In this document: positions 1 through 14,053 of the stretch, piece by piece | Numbering within the stretch: the first letter of the stretch is position 1 | How the letters are laid out: each line of letters begins with the position of its first letter | Assembly: GCF_963921235.1 (NCBI RefSeq) | Contig: NC_086108.1 | Span: 55,988,001 to 56,052,000 of the forward strand | Direction of reading: 5' to 3' | DNA length: 64,000 nt | DNA from: Mobula hypostoma | Lineage: Eukaryota | The notes under the pieces: model-generated | What the model saw: only the letters and a program-made list of their open reading frames with translations | Databases searched by the model: none | Told to the model about the DNA's origin: nothing | Translations under genes and position numbers: made by a program

Positions 1-112
1 GCCAGATTTTCCATTCCTCTTTGATCAATTGTATGTGAAGCTTGGTATATAAGATTTAACAGCTTTAATAACACCCTAGTCTATAGATTATAAAATTAAA
101 TTGGTTTATTAC

Positions 113-1240
113 AAGACATAGGAGCAGAATTTAGCCATTTGGCACATCAAGTCTGCTCTGTCATTCCATCATGGCTGATTTATTTTGCCTTTCACCCCCA
201 TTCTACTGCATCCTTTCTGTAACCATTGACACTCTTACCAGTCAAGAACCCATCAACCTCCAATTTAAATATACCCAATGTCTTTAAATGTACTCAGTGA
301 ATTCCACAGATTCACCACGCTTCTCCTCATCCCTTTTCTAAAGGAATATCTTTGTATTCTGGGGCTGCGGCTTCTGGAATCATCCTCTCCAAGTCCACTA
401 TCTAGGCAGTCAAATGTTCCTCATATGTTAACCCTTTTATTCCTAGGATCATTCTCATAAACCACCTCTGCATTCTCTCCAACGCGAGTATACATCCTTT
501 CTTAGATACTAGCCATAAAGCTGCTCTAAATACTTCTCTCTGTCTCTGATCCTTCTCTGAGTACTGACTCATGGACCTCTGATTTCTCTGTCCTGAATTG
601 TACAATCAGTTCCTTGGTCTTATTGACATTGAGTGAGAGAATTGACACCACCACCTTTTCCTTACCAGAATTCAAAGTTCAAACCATTCTGAAAATCATA
701 AAACTACTTATCAGCAGCCAACCTGAAAAGGTCCCCTTTATTCCCACTCTTATCCTCTTTCCAGTCATACAATCTTCTATCCATGTTATTATCTTTCCTG
801 TAATACCATGGGCTCATGTTTACAGCCTCATATGTAGCACTTTGTTGAGGGCCTTCTGAAAATCCAAGTAAGCTATATCAATGGATGGACACAAAATGCT
901 GAAGGGTCTCAGCCTGAAACATCAACTGTACTGTTTCCCATAGATGCTGCCTGGCCTGCCGAGTTCCTCCAGCATTTTGTGTGTGTTGCTTGGATTTCCA
1001 GCATCTGCAGATTTTCTCTTGTTTGTATATCAACCAAGTCTCCTGTGTCTTTCCTCCCTGTTATTTCCTCAAATAATTCACAGATTTATCAGGCAAAATT
1101 TCCCCTGAAGGATACATACTGAATTCCTTCTATTTTATCATGTGCCTCCAAGTACCCCAAAACCTCATCCTTAACAATGCACTCTAACATCTTACCAAAC
1201 ACTGAAGTCAGGCCTGTCTTTCCTGTCTTTTGCCTGCTTG
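113..1240 (-). mobile_element. Degenerate CR1 LINE fragment (3' UTR plus RT pieces), interrupted by a Penelope mini-element
   Basis: Reverse complement of the CR1 3' end (GGAGCAGAATTTAGCCATTTGG...CATCATGGCTGAT). Minus-strand peptides LALERMQRWFMRMILG and LTSVFGKMLECIVKD resemble the CR1 ORF2 at 57636-59093. Confidence 0.8.
882..1025 (+). mobile_element. Short Penelope-like 3' end (partial hammerhead motif) with a 13-bp inverted stub
   Basis: GAAGGGTCTCAGCCTGAAACATCAACTG...GATGCTGCCTGGCC...CCAGCATCTGCAGATTTTCTCTTGTTTG. Flanked by TATATCAA at 874-881 and 1026-1033. ACACAAAATGCTG at 889-901 is the inverse of an internal segment. Confidence 0.8.
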
Positions 1241-1480
1241 TATAGAATGTGCTGCCATAGGGGTTTGTGGAACGAAATGCAAGCACTATACTTAAGAGAC
1301 TTTTAGACAGTCATGTAAACAAGCAAGGCATAAAAGGAGGTGGACCTAACACAGGCGAATAGATCAGTACTGAAGAGCAACACACTCAACATGGGTGATG
1401 TTGGCTAAAGGGCCTGAGCCTGTGGGGTACAACTGTGACTATAATGCAGCTTTCTAGCCTTTTTCAATATTTTCTTATTT

Positions 1481-1680
1481 CCACTGCCTGTAAGGAGTTT
1501 GCATATTCTCCCCCATGACTGCATGTGTTTCCTCAGGGTGATCTGGTTTCCTCCCACAGTCCAAAGACGTACCGGTTGGTAGGTTAAGTAGTCATTGTAA
1601 ATTGGCCCATGATTAGGCTAGGATTAAATCGGGGATTAATGGGTGGTGCAGCTCAAAGGTCAGTACTTCTCAATAAATAC
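1481..1680 (+). mobile_element. V-SINE (HE1-like) fragment
   Basis: Conserved V-SINE core GGAGTTTGCATATTCTCCCC...GGTTTCCTCCCACAGTCCAAAGAC. Confidence 0.7.
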
Positions 1681-1854
1681 ATTGTAAAGTTTTTATTTGT
1701 AACAAACAGATTTAAATAAATTATGTAAAAACAGTTATATCAATTTGATGGTTGATAATGAATATTAACTCATCTACTGAAAACATACAGGAAGTGTACC
1801 ATGCATTCTGGTGAGCAGGATACTGCAGTCGAGAATGAAAGAGAGATTCCTTTG

Positions 1855-2261
1855 AACAAAATGCTGGACGAACTCAGCAGGTCAGGCAGCATCTATGAAA
1901 ATGAATGCATTTTGGGCCAAGACTTTTCATCTGGACGGGAAAGGAAGGGGGAAGATGCCAGAGTAAGAAGGTGGGAGGAGAAGGAGGAGGAGAAGCTGGA
2001 AGGTGATAGGTGAAGTCAGGTGGGTGGGGAGGGGGAAATGAAGTAAAAAGCTGGGAGATATGTAGAAAAGGTGAAGGATTGGGGAAGGAATCTAATAGGA
2101 GAGGAGAGTGGATTATGGGAGGAAGGGAAGGAGGGGTGTCATCACTCGGAGGTGATAGGCAGGTGAGGAGAAAAGGTAAGATGTGTGAGTGGGAAATGAA
2201 GAAAGGGAGAAGAGGGAAGGAAAAAAATTTACTGGAATCTGGAGAAATCGATGTTCATGCC
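1855..2261 (-). mobile_element. Penelope-like element 3' end (end of GIY-YIG ORF, purine-rich tract, degenerate hammerhead)
   Basis: Similar to 43215-43680: AAAATGCTGG...GCAGCATCTATG...GAGAAATCGATGTTCATGCC. Confidence 0.75.
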
Positions 2262-2266
2262 TAGAC

Positions 2267-2481
2267 GGAATTCTGCCACAGGAAACAGTTGAGGCCAGTT
2301 CATTGGCTATATTTAAGAGGGAGTTAGATATGGCCCTTGTGGCTATGGGGGTCAGGGGGTATGGAGGGAAGGCTGGGGCGGGGTTCTGAGTTGGATGATC
2401 AGCCATGATCATAATAAATGGCGGTGCAGGCTCGAAGGGCCGAATGGCCTACTCCTGCACCTATTTTTCTATGTTTCTATG
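2267..2481 (+). mobile_element. Young CR1 3' end fragment
   Basis: Nearly identical to 58970-59190 and ends in the TTTCTATGTTTCTATG tail. Confidence 0.9.
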
Positions 2482-2984
2482 TAACTATTTTTTTATATAA
2501 TGTGTCCTATGCTTTTAGAGGAGTGCAGCAGGTGATGTAACTGAAAATACTTATGAAAAGGCCTTGAAGTAGAAGGAAATTTTGTGCAGCAATTATCAGT
2601 GAATTTGCATGCATACCCTCTGGCTTTATGCATTGCATCCAGCGCTCCTAATGTGGTGACGTTTACGTCAATGAGACTGGATACAGACTGACCAACTGCT
2701 GTGCTACACTCCATCTGACTGAGTGGAAGCAATGAACTTGTATGTTTTAGAATTGGAATAAAGTTCCAAAAGGCAAGTGAAAACAGAAGTAGCTTTCTTG
2801 ATTATTGAAGCTTTCATATTTGAGGAAGAAGAATTTTTTTTAAATCTGTTGCTGTATAATGCAGGAATGTTCTTGAAGTATGTGTAGCATGTGAATGTTA
2901 GTGTACAATAATTAAAAATTGAGACAGAACCAGTCTGGCTGTTAGTCATTAAATCTCTTCCCCCCTAGATTTGGTCATCCATAC

Positions 2985-5500
2985 ACTGATAAAGAATTAT
3001 GCCTCTCAATTTTAAGGATTCTACAAAGACACCCCTCTTTCTCCTCAATTCCAAGAACAGACACCTAGCCTGGCCAACCACCCTTCAATTCAGGTCCTCC
3101 ATTCTGGTATTAACCCTCAAATCTACTTTGCCCTCATTTCAGTTTAACTACAACTTTCCTACAACAGGGTGAACAAAACTGTACACAATACTACAAGTGT
3201 AGTCTTACCAATAATTTAGAACTACAACATAATATCCAGACTCCTAAATTCAGTGCACTAACAGAAGGCCAGTGTGGTAAGTGTCTTTTTCACCACCTAT
3301 GATGCCAATTTCAACAAACTATGTTCTTGTCCTATTTGGTCCCTCTGTTCCATTACACTCCCTAGTGCACTACCATTCATAGTACACATCCTGTGCTGGT
3401 TTGCCTTTTCAAAAAGCATCACCTCACGCTTATCTACTGAAATCCATTTGGCATTCACCAGCCTACTTCCCTAACTGATCTACATTCTTCTATAATCTAC
3501 GGTAACATCCTTCTCTATCAACTCTTAATATTGTGTCATCCACAAACTTGATCAAGTTCTATGGATTCATATTAAAATCATTTACATAAACAATGAGTAG
3601 CAAGGGTGACAAAACTGACACCCATGGTACACCACTAGCCACTGGCCTCCTTTCAGAGAAATAACCTTAAACCACTGCCCTCTGCTCCTTAACTCAATCT
3701 ACTTTTTTAATTCATCAAACTAACTCTTCCTGGCTTCTGTGGGACAAAACTTCCAGACTAGTCTATCATGTCATAGTCATAGTCATACTTTATTGATTCC
3801 GGGGGAAATTGGTTTCCGTTACAGTTGCACCATAAATAATAAATAGTAATAAAAAGGACACTGAATGCCTTCTTAAAGTCCAAACTGATTACATCCACTG
3901 CCCTACCCTCATCTACATCTTTGATACTTCAAACAGCTCTAGAATGTTAATCAAGCATGACTTTCTACATACAAAGTGTTGCTGTCTCCTTCTAATCAGA
4001 TAGTCTATCCAAATGCTGGTAAGATTCTGTCCTTCAGAAAGCCCTCCAAAAACTTCTCTGCTACTAATGTCTGCCTGACCAAACTGTAGTTTCAGGTTTG
4101 TCCTTGCTATTCTTAAACAACGGAATGACATTAGCCACCTTCCAGTCTTCAGGAACTTCACCAGTGTCAAATGATGAATCAATTATCTCTGAGGACCCCT
4201 GCAATTTTCTCTCTAGCCTCCCATAAATTCTAAGGATGCACTTGGTCAAGCCCTGATGACCATGAGAGCCAATGTGCTCACTGCCTGTCTGCCAATTCAG
4301 TTATCTGCCTAAGATAATTTCATCTCCTAAGGAAGATCCAGTATTGCGCCCTCCTGAACAGGGCCTTCTATATGTTGATTGAAGAAACTTTCCTGGACAT
4401 ATTATTCAAATTACACCCCATCCGAGTCCTTAACACTATGGGTGGCCCAGTCAATATCAGTGAGATTAAGATCTCCCACTAATACAATCAAATTATTCTT
4501 ACAACTGACCAACCTCTCTACACATCTGCTCCTCATGTTCCCACTGCCTATATGTTCCCATCTCTAATATAACTACAGTAGAGTGACCCTCTCCTTGTTT
4601 TTAAGTTCTACCTATCTGGCCTCACTGGACAATCTCCTACTCTAAGTACTTCTGCTACATCCCACCTTAACAAAAGGGCAACATCTGCTCTTCGCTAATC
4701 TATAACTCTGTCATTCCTGTAGTATCTGTATCCTGGAATATTAAGCTGCCTGTCCTGCCTTTCTCTCAGCCATGTTTCTGTTGTAGCTATAACATCCCTG
4801 TACACAGAGCCAATACACACAGAGTTCATCTTTCTTACCTGTTAAACCTCTAGTATTGAATTAGATACAGCTTATCCAAGAATTGCTTTCCCTGTCTCTT
4901 GCTTACCCCAACCTGGTTTCTCTTCCTCAGGGACAGAATCTCTTGTCCATTTCTCTCACGATTAAATTTCTCATTGCTATTGTCCTATCTGACTGCACAC
5001 TTTTCCTCTGAGCCTCAGAGCCAGTCACAATGCCAGAGACCTGACTATTACTGCTAGCCCCAAAAAAAAGCAATCCCACAACAGATCCAGTTGGGTCGGT
5101 GAGGAGAATGTCCACAAGGGAAATCTGCTCTGACTGCAGAACTTTGTACTGCTGCTGTAAAGTTAATAAATTTCACAACATATGCCAGAGATATTAAATC
5201 TGATTCTGACAGCCTACTCCCCTTATTTTTCCATTTATCCAAAGCCTATAGCTCATTTACTACCTCATTAAAAACCTTAACCACGAGGTTCTCTGTCTCC
5301 CCATCCCAAGTACATCCAAATCTGGCTCCAGTTCCTTGACCTAGTTTAACCAGAGCTGTACTTTCCTTGGATGTAAGCATTAAGGAGACTGTGAATTTCT
5401 CTAAGTTCCTACATCTTGCAGGAGAAGCATTCCACTGTCCTAACTGCCAGCCTGCTTACATTGACTCAAGTAGTGAGGATAAACTGCAGAAAGAAATCTT
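2985..5500 (-). mobile_element. Old, heavily decayed CR1 LINE with small Rex-type tail insertions (about 3769-3855 and 5150-5210)
   Basis: Minus-strand peptides DTGEVPEDWKVANVIPLFK, RKSCLINILELFE and IVREMDKRFC (ORF1-like), with many stops. Confidence 0.75.
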
Positions 5501-6717
5501 ACCTGTTCATACCAAAACCTCTTGAACAAAGGTCTCAACTCCCAAATCTCAGAAATGACATTGCAAAAGGCACTCCGCTTAACTTAACCTTCCATCTATT
5601 GGGTGAAGTTCCCGTCACCCAAATAACCAATCAATGAGACTTTCCTTTTTAATGTTCCTGCTCTTACTCCAAGCTCCTGGGTCACTTACTCATCCTTTCG
5701 TACCAAAGCCTCCCCTGCTGTTGTAACCAAATGCTAGCAGCTTCACTGGAGGCATGGCTAGTTCTATAAAGCAGGACTTTAACCACTACATCAGGGATGT
5801 TGTCTGGTCTCATAGATTTTGCTATGCTCAGCACTCACAACCATTGCTTGACTGAGGTGGGATGCATCAAATCGACTGAAAGTGGCTCCTGAGATGGTGG
5901 AGCTGTCAGAAGAAAAGCAAGATGGATCATTCATTTGGTGCTTCTGGCTGAAAGTGTTGCTTTTTACTTGTCCACCACCACTGCCAACTGGACGTAATAG
6001 AACTGCAGAGCTTTGATCTGATCTGTTGGTTCTATCATATCTAATAGAACTTGTAATGCCATATAAGCAGCTTCACCAATTTTTGATAATTGACGTTGCT
6101 GACAGAGCTTGGCCACTTAAATAAAACTGATTTAATTGATTAACCCTAATGGTCTTGGTTAGTTATTTATTCATAACTAACTTTAAAAAATGCAAGGGTC
6201 AGAACAGTTCACTTAAGAGTATTGATATATTTTGGGTAAACAGACAGAATTCAAATAAGGGTAAGGCTCTGCTCATTAAAAATGGGTATAGCTCACAGAT
6301 AATGTGTTTGACACTCCTGGACTGAAACTTCTCCCACCAATTTGTTCAAAGATACAAAAGAATAACAGTTTATAAAATCAAAATAATAATTTATCCAACC
6401 AATGTCATTCAACCAAGAATCAAGCTGCCTTAGTCATTCTGTCTGATGTTGATGCCAACAAATCAAAGCAAGATTTGCAAATATAGATGACACTGCTGCA
6501 AATTTTGTAGTTGATATATTACTGTTCTTTATTGCATAATTCATGGAGCCTACAATGTCCTTGTTAGAATTATGAAATGTTCTCCACAGTCTAAGACTGA
6601 AAGTGAAATGCAAGGTATAATACTAATGAGAATGTAGGCTAGATGATGTTCACCAGTCTTGTATATTCTCTGAAGTGAGAGCAATACATGGTGTAAATTC
6701 TGGACCCACACCACCAA

Positions 6718-7162
6718 GGCCATGCTCCCTTCTTGCTGCTGCCATCAAGAAGAAGGTACAGGAGCCTCAGGACTCACACGACCAGGTTCGGGAGCAGTTA
6801 TTAGCCCTCAACCATCAGCCTCTTGAACCAAAAGGGATAACTTCACCCAGCTTCACTTGCTCCATCAGCGAAATGTTCTAGCACCCAGTGAGCTCACTTT
6901 CAAGGACTCTCCATCTCAGGTCCTCAATATTTGTTGTTTATTTATTTATTATTATTCTTTCTTTTTTTTTGTATTTGCATAGTTTATTGACTATTGCACA
7001 CTGATTGAATATCCAAGCTGGTGTGGTCTTTCGTTGATTTTATTGTGGTTATTATTCTATTATGGGTTTACTGTGTATGCCCACAGGAAGTTAAATCTCA
7101 GGGTTGGATATGGTGACATATATGTATTTTATTAATAAATTTACTTAGAAGTTTTTGGACTT
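6718..7162 (+). mobile_element. Rex1/Babar-type LINE 3' fragment
   Basis: GCTGCCATCAAGAAGAAGGTACAGGAGCCTCAGGACTCACAC...AATAAATTTACTT, similar to 36160-36570 and 37160-37520. Confidence 0.75.
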
Positions 7163-7319
7163 TGGTAGTGATTTAGTTGCTGATTACAGAGGGAACACCA
7201 TGCAAAATATTTTATAAAGAGACAAACTTAGCACTGGTTTCAGAAGCACAAACCAAAAACATTGATATTTCAGTGCCATCTCTAACAATTTTGGAGTAAG
7301 GTTTCAAGATATGAATAAG

Positions 7320-7920
7320 TCCTCATCGAGGGATCAGCAGTAGAAAAGTAAGCTGTTTCAACTTCCTGGGTATCAACATCAACATCTCTGAATATCTATT
7401 CTGGGCCCAGCATATTTATGTAATTTCAAAGAAAGCACAACAATGACTGTACTTCATTAAGCTGTTTGAGGAGAGATGGTATACCACTAAAGCCACAAAC
7501 AAATTTCTATATCTTGGAGGGCATTCTAACTGGTTGTATCACAGTCTGGTTTGGAGAGGGCACTGTACAGGGTCGTGTAAAGCTGCTGAAATGTGCAAAC
7601 TCAGCCTCCTCGGCCTGGAGGACATCTTCAAAAGGAGGTACCTCAAAAGGTGGCATCCATCAAGGGCACCCTTCACTCAGGACATGCCCTCCCTCTTCTA
7701 ATTACTACCATCAAGGAGAAGGTACAGGAGCCTGAAGACACACACTCAATGTTTTAGGAACAGCTTCTTCCCTAAGCCTTCAGGTTTCTGAATGGGCAAT
7801 GAACCCATGTGCAGTATGCTACCTCATCTTTCTTTTGGTCTCTTTTTGCACTACTTATTAAATATATATATATTTCATATTGTAATTTTTCATCAGTAGA
7901 TGTATGTACACAGCTGAACA
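7320..7920 (+). mobile_element. Rex1/Babar-type LINE fragment
   Basis: Peptide ILTGCITVWFG and the GAAGGTACAGGAGCCTGAAGACACACACTCAA 3' motif. Confidence 0.7.
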
Positions 7921-8032
7921 AAAATTTTTGCAATGGATTATTTGTGAAAACCAAGTGGTAGAAGTTCATTTAGTTAAGGTTATACAGTTTGAATGAATTT
8001 ATAAAAGGGAAGAAATCGCACTCTTTTCATGG

Positions 8033-9560
8033 ATCAGAATCAGATTTATTATCACCGGCATGTGACGTGAAATTCGTTAACTTAGCAGCAGCAGTTCAAT
8101 GCAATATATAATCTACTAGAGAGAAAAAATAATAAATAAAATAAAACATAATATTAAATAAACAAGTAAATCAATTACGTAGATTGAATAGATTAAAAAA
8201 AGACATGCAAAAACAGAAATACTGTATATTTTTTAAAAAGTGAGGTAGAGTCCAAAGCTTCAATGTCATTTAGGAATTGGATGGCGGAGGGAAAGAAGCT
8301 GTTCCTGAATTGCTGAGTGTGTGCCTTCAGGCTTCTGCACCTCCTACCTGATGGTAACAGTGAGAAAAGGGCATGCCCTGGGTGCTGGAGGTCCTTAATA
8401 ATGGACGCTACCTTCCTGAGACACTGCTCACTAAAGATGTCCTGGGTACCTTGTAGGCTAGTGCCCAAGATGGAGCTGACTAGATTTACAACCTTCTGCA
8501 GCTTCTTTTGGTCCTGTGCAGTAGACCCTCCATACTAGACAGTGATGCAGCCTGTCAGAATGCTCTCCATGGTACAACTGTAGAAGTTTTTGAGTGTGTT
8601 TGTTAACATGCAAAATCTCTTCAAACTCCTAATAAAGTATAGCCACTGTCTTGCCTTCTTTATAACTACATCGATATGTTGGGATCAGGTTAGATCCTCA
8701 GAGATCTTGACACCCAGGAACATGAAGCTCCTCACTCTCTCCACTTCTGATCCTTCTTTGAGGATTGGCATGTGTTCCTTCGTCTTACCTTTCCTGAAGC
8801 CCAAAATCAGCTCTTTCGTCGTACTGACGTTGAGTGCCAGGCTGTTGCTACGGCACCATTCCACTAGTTGGCTTATCTCACTCCTGTACGCCATCTCGTC
8901 ACCACCTGAGATTCTACCAACAATGGTTGTATCGTCAGCAAATTTATAGATGGCATTTGAGCTATGCCTAGCGACACAGTCATGCGTATATAGAAAGTAG
9001 AGCAGAGGGCTAAGCACACACCCCTGAGGTGTGCCAGTGTTGATCATCAGCGAAGAGGAGATGTTATCACCAATCCACACAGATTGTGGTCTTCCAGTTA
9101 GGAAGTCGAGGATCCAATTGCAGAGGGAGGTACAAAGGCCCAGGTTCTGCAACTTCTCAATCAGGATTGTGGGAATGACGGCATTAAATGCTGAGCTATA
9201 ACCGATGAACAGCATCCTGACATAGGTATTTGCATTGTCCAGGTGGTCTAAAGCCGTGTGGAGAGCCATGGAGATTGCGTCTGCTGTTGACCTATTGTGG
9301 CAATAGGTAAATTTCAATGGGTCCAGGTCCTTGCTGAGGCAGGAGTTCAGTCTAGTCATGACCAACCTCTCAAACTATTTCATCGCTGTCGATGTGAGTG
9401 CTACCGGGCGACAGTCATTGAGACAGCTCACATTATTCTTCTTAGGCACTGGTAAAACTGTTGCCTTTTTGAAGATAGTGGGAACTTCCGCCTGTAGCAG
9501 TGAGAGGTTAAAAATGTTCTTAATTACTGCCGCCAGTTGGTTGGCTCAGGCTTTCAGAAC
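8033..9560 (-). mobile_element. 5'-truncated Rex1/Babar LINE with RT ORF 8685-9365
   Basis: LDPLKF...RSTADAI...YVRMLF...SSAFN...[13 protein letters not shown]...[10 protein letters not shown]. The 3' tail appears as ATCAGAATCAGA on the + strand. Confidence 0.9.
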
Positions 9561-11258
9561 AATACCTAAAACTCAGAATACTTATTTTCCTCCCTGGGCA
9601 CCTCAGTAAAATTTTGAAAATGTGAAGATGCTTCAAAAGAAAATGAAACCTCCTGTTAAGATGAATGATACCTTAAATGTTTGGCAAATCAAATGACATC
9701 GCCTACAAAGTAAGTTTCAAATCCATGTTGAACATTCATTACTAAAGGTGTGGAGTTCAGGATTTTAAAAGTAAAATGTACGTTGTGAAACATGAAAATT
9801 AAATTAAAGAAAAATAATCATGAATAAACTTGTAAATTTGCTAATAGAGGTAGATTAGATTCAGGCAAGAATTTTGGAGAATTTCTCTTCTCAAAATGTC
9901 AGTTATTTGGGCAGAATGGTGCCTGATCTATCAGTGGCTTTGCACACTATGTCTGGAAAAAGATGTTAGATGGATACGGATGATGGCAAGGGATGGGCAT
10001 CTGTGTGTAAGTTGCGTGTATAAGAATCAAATGATGGACAAAGGAGAAATGTGCACGTTTTCCAGTTGAAGGCTTAAAAGTATGTTTTGTTTTAACATGC
10101 TGCATGTGGAATACATACATTTCTGTAAAGCCTACCAGGAGCAAGTTCCTAACACATATTTGCATGTAATGTGCTGCTTATTTCAAATCACAGATGCAAA
10201 AGTCTGATTTTGTACATACAACGCACATTATGTGCAATGTTGCATATGAAGCACACCTCTTGTCACTGGAAAAAGATCAGGAACAATGCTTCCCTTTGGC
10301 AACTGCTCTTTCAAATCGTGATGGAAGAGGAGAGGAAATGGGATGTTAGCAGAGTTGGTGGTGAAAAGGGACAACTCTAACAACATTCTTCATCCTTCTC
10401 TGAAAGTTGAGGCCCACAACATGTTTTCAAGCTAAAATAATGCAACTGTAATATTAATTGAGTATTGCACATCCACTATATGGCAGCAGCTTCCGTACAT
10501 AAGTGTAAGATCCATGTTACAGTTCCAAGTATCTGAAGCAATTGGTTTGCATATACTGTAAAATACTATTGTGCAATGCATTACAACCCTGTGAGCTATG
10601 CAACAGAATTTCTATCACAAGGTTCCATTAAAATTAGCATAAGCATTAATATATGAGGGATAGGAAAAAGCTCTTGAGCTGTAGATCAGTTGGTCTGAAT
10701 GTCTAACTAATTCTGTGCGAAAGCACATCTGTATATAAAACAAAAAAGAAGAATGTAGTTCTGAGGTACTTTGTATGAAAACCTAGATTCCCATTCTAAC
10801 TTTCTGACAGCATGAGCAATTCCTTGCTTCATATTTGTAGCAGCATTATAGCATTTCCCTTGTAAGTTACACAGGATATAAGAAGTTTATAATCCAATTG
10901 CCAATTTATTTTGTCACTTCTGGTTTCCAATGTCCTCACCATCCTTGCACCTCATTTATTTTTTGTTGTGTTTATACTGTACCACTACTCCTTTTTCCAA
11001 ACTATCCAAGTATGTTGTCCATACCTAGGCTCAACAAAACATAAAATTATCAAGGATTTCCTGCTTCTTTTTACATATTTGAAATGAAATATCATCACCC
11101 CAATACAGAGCTGGCAAAACTAAAAAAGAATTAACATATGTGAAATACAATCACAGCACAAGCCTGTAACAGTCTACTAAATTGTAGGTGTACAGATATT
11201 GATGTGGTTGCACTGGAGAAAAGGCACCATGACTGAAAAGGAAACAATGCAGAAGTCA

Positions 11259-11281
11259 TGTGTGTGTGTGTGTGTGTGTGT
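11259..11281. repeat. (TG)n microsatellite
   Basis: Seen directly. Confidence 0.9.
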
Positions 11282-11599
11282 TCGTTCGGATAGTTAGACA
11301 GAGGTATCTACTGTATTTAGGGTCAGTAGAAAGTATATGTCTTAACATTTGGTCCAAGAACCATTGAGAAAAAATGGTCGTTTGCAGAGGCATTCATATT
11401 CATCAGATGGTCCATTTGCAGGCCCACTGAACCAGTTGCTGATGGAAAATCGGCAGAAAATATTGGAGTAATATGCAAGTCCGCTGGAACATCTATAAAG
11501 CCAGTTGTAGCTGGAAATGGCAGAAAAGCAAGACATTCAAAGCTGCTACGTGGTTGACTGTGGTTAAGAAGGCACACAATTCATTGGCCCTCACCAAAT

Positions 11600-12197
11600 G
11601 TAGGATTGAGTTTAGGAGCTGAGAGGTAATGTTTCAGCTATATAGGACCCTGGTCAGACCCCACTTGGAGCACTGTGCTCAGTTCTGGTCGCTTCACTAA
11701 GGGAAGGATGTGGAAACCATAGAAAGGGTGCAGAGGAGATTTACAAGGATATTGCCTGGATTGGGGAGCATGTCCTATGAGAATAGGTTGAGTGAACTCG
11801 GCCTTTTTTCCTTGGAGCGACGGAGGATGAGAGGTGACCTGGTAGAGGTGTATGAGGTGATGAGAGGCATTGATTGTGTGGATAGTCAGAGGCTTTTTCC
11901 CAGAACTGAAATGGCTAACATAAGAGGGCACAGTTTTAAGGTGCTTGGAAGTAGGTACAGAGGGGATGTCAGGAGTAAGTTTTTTATGCAGAGAGTGGTG
12001 AGTGCGTGGCATGGGCTGCTAGCAACGGTGGTGGAGGCGGATACAGTAGGGTCTTTTACGAGACTCCTGGATAGGTACATAGAGCTTAGAAAAATAGAGG
12101 GCTATGGGTAACCCTAGGTAATTTTGAAAGTAAGGATATGTTTGGCACAGCATTGTTTACCAAAGGGCATGTATTGTGCTATGGGCTTTCTATGTTA
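11600..12197 (+). mobile_element. CR1 LINE 3' fragment
   Basis: ORF 11710-12111 ERVQRRFTRILPG...LFSLERRRMRGDLVEVY; tail TTTTCTATGTT. Confidence 0.9.
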
Positions 12198-12230
12198 CTG
12201 GGCCTATCTAGATGAATGTAGCAAGTCTTA

Positions 12231-12525
12231 TCAGAATCAGAATCAGGTTTATTATCACAGGCATGTGTCAGGAAATTTGTTAATTTAGCAGCAGCAGTTC
12301 AATGCAATATATGATAATATAAAAAAATAAGGAAGTAAATTAATTAGAGTAAGTACATATATGTACATTAAATAGCTTGATTAAAAATAGTGCTAACAGA
12401 AATATTATTTAAAAAGTGGGGTAATGTTTATGGGTTCAATGTCCAATTAGGAATCGCATGGCAGAGGGGAAGAAGCCATTTCTGAATCGCTGAGTGTGTG
12501 CCTTCAGGCTTCTGTACCTCCTTCA
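12231..12525 (-). mobile_element. Rex1/Babar 3' end
   Basis: Similar to 8033-8345, with the TCAGAATCAGAATCAG tail. Confidence 0.8.
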
Positions 12526-14053
12526 TTAATATGAATATATTAATGTCTCTTTCTGAAGTTGTCTAACACAGTCAAACCTGACAGAGGCAAGCAAGGGAAG
12601 CAATGGGTTACAAAATAATGTGAAGAAAATATTACAATTCTCAGAGCCCAACTCGCAAGTATTATCCAATAAAGTAAACAGAGGAGAAACAGAACGTTAC
12701 GGAAATGATGGAGAGACGTTTCACTTGTGTTTTGTGCCAACTTGCTCAGCTCTATATTTGCAAACCAATACAGTAAATCAAAAATGCCCTCACCAAAACG
12801 GACAAAATAACATCTTGACCATATTATTTTCCTTCTGTGGATACCCAAACATGTCTCATATTCAAAATGGATCAACTGAACAGATGACCTTCTTCTTGTA
12901 CCTTCATCCAAGTGGTAATGTACAGTCTTTTCTTCTTATACCTCATATTTCATTTGAATAGTATGATATAATGGCGGAGTTTTCATGGGACCAACAGCCT
13001 TAACAGTGATTACCTTTAAATTAGCCAACAGTGTTGCTACTCTCATTTGGAAGAAGCCACTCGCATTTTCTGGGTGTAGGTAGTTTCCTGGATGTGTACA
13101 GTTAATGTTCCCACACTCCTCATCTAACACGTCAACATCATTAATGTAATCTCAGTTCTAACTTCCCACGTCTTTAAAGCCTTGACTGTCCTGTCTTCAG
13201 TCTGTAACCATCTTGAAATTTGCAGGAGTTACAACACAAGCTAAAAGCCTTTAAAGCTGTGGTTTCCAAAGTGGCCAATATCAGCCCCTGGGGGTGGTGA
13301 AAGTTTCTAAGGAGCAATAACCGTAAAGGGGGCAGTGGTGCGGGGTGCTCGGTAGCAAAGCGGGAAAAATGGGAGATTACAGGTTTAATTTAAGAAATTA
13401 ATTGCTTATCATAAGCATTTGATCCAATGTGACTCATAATTGATTACAATGATCATGTAAACATCTCATCTCTTGCTAACCTACCATTCTTTTAGACTTT
13501 GCTCGATGCGCATTATAGCTGTTGAAAAGAAAATTGACACTCCTGTATGTAGCACATCATGAGAAATCAAGATTGGAGAAATCATGTTATTTCTGGGCAC
13601 GGTCAGCTCATTATTGCCATTTACCACTGTAGTACAGTGTTAGCTAGTATGATTCACATACTCTAACCACGTAGAGACACAATTGTTCTGAAATAGGGTA
13701 TGGCATTCAATGGGGGCAAAGTTCAGAATCTGCTTTGTTGAATAGTCTTGAAATCATTTCTCTAGCCCATGGCCCAACTGAGATATCAGTGCCCCACTTT
13801 ATGTACTTTAGGCAGAGGATCAGGTTTTGCTTGAGCTATTATGACGTCGTGGATGGTTTTTAAAGTAGGTATTCATAATGATCTGATTATTCATCTTGCA
13901 CCATTCTACCCATTTCTCACCTCTTTCATTTCTTGCTCCAGTCTGAATTTTCCTATAGTATTTCCATCAGCACCTTGTCCTACTTTCACGTTTAGATCTC
14001 CAAAAAGTCCCGGTGATAGCCCAGAAATCAAATTGACTTTCTTACTATAAACC

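Noticed and set aside
12540..12961. 123-aa and 113-aa opposing ORFs in unique sequence
   Set aside because: No recognisable domain or splice context; consistent with random ORFs.
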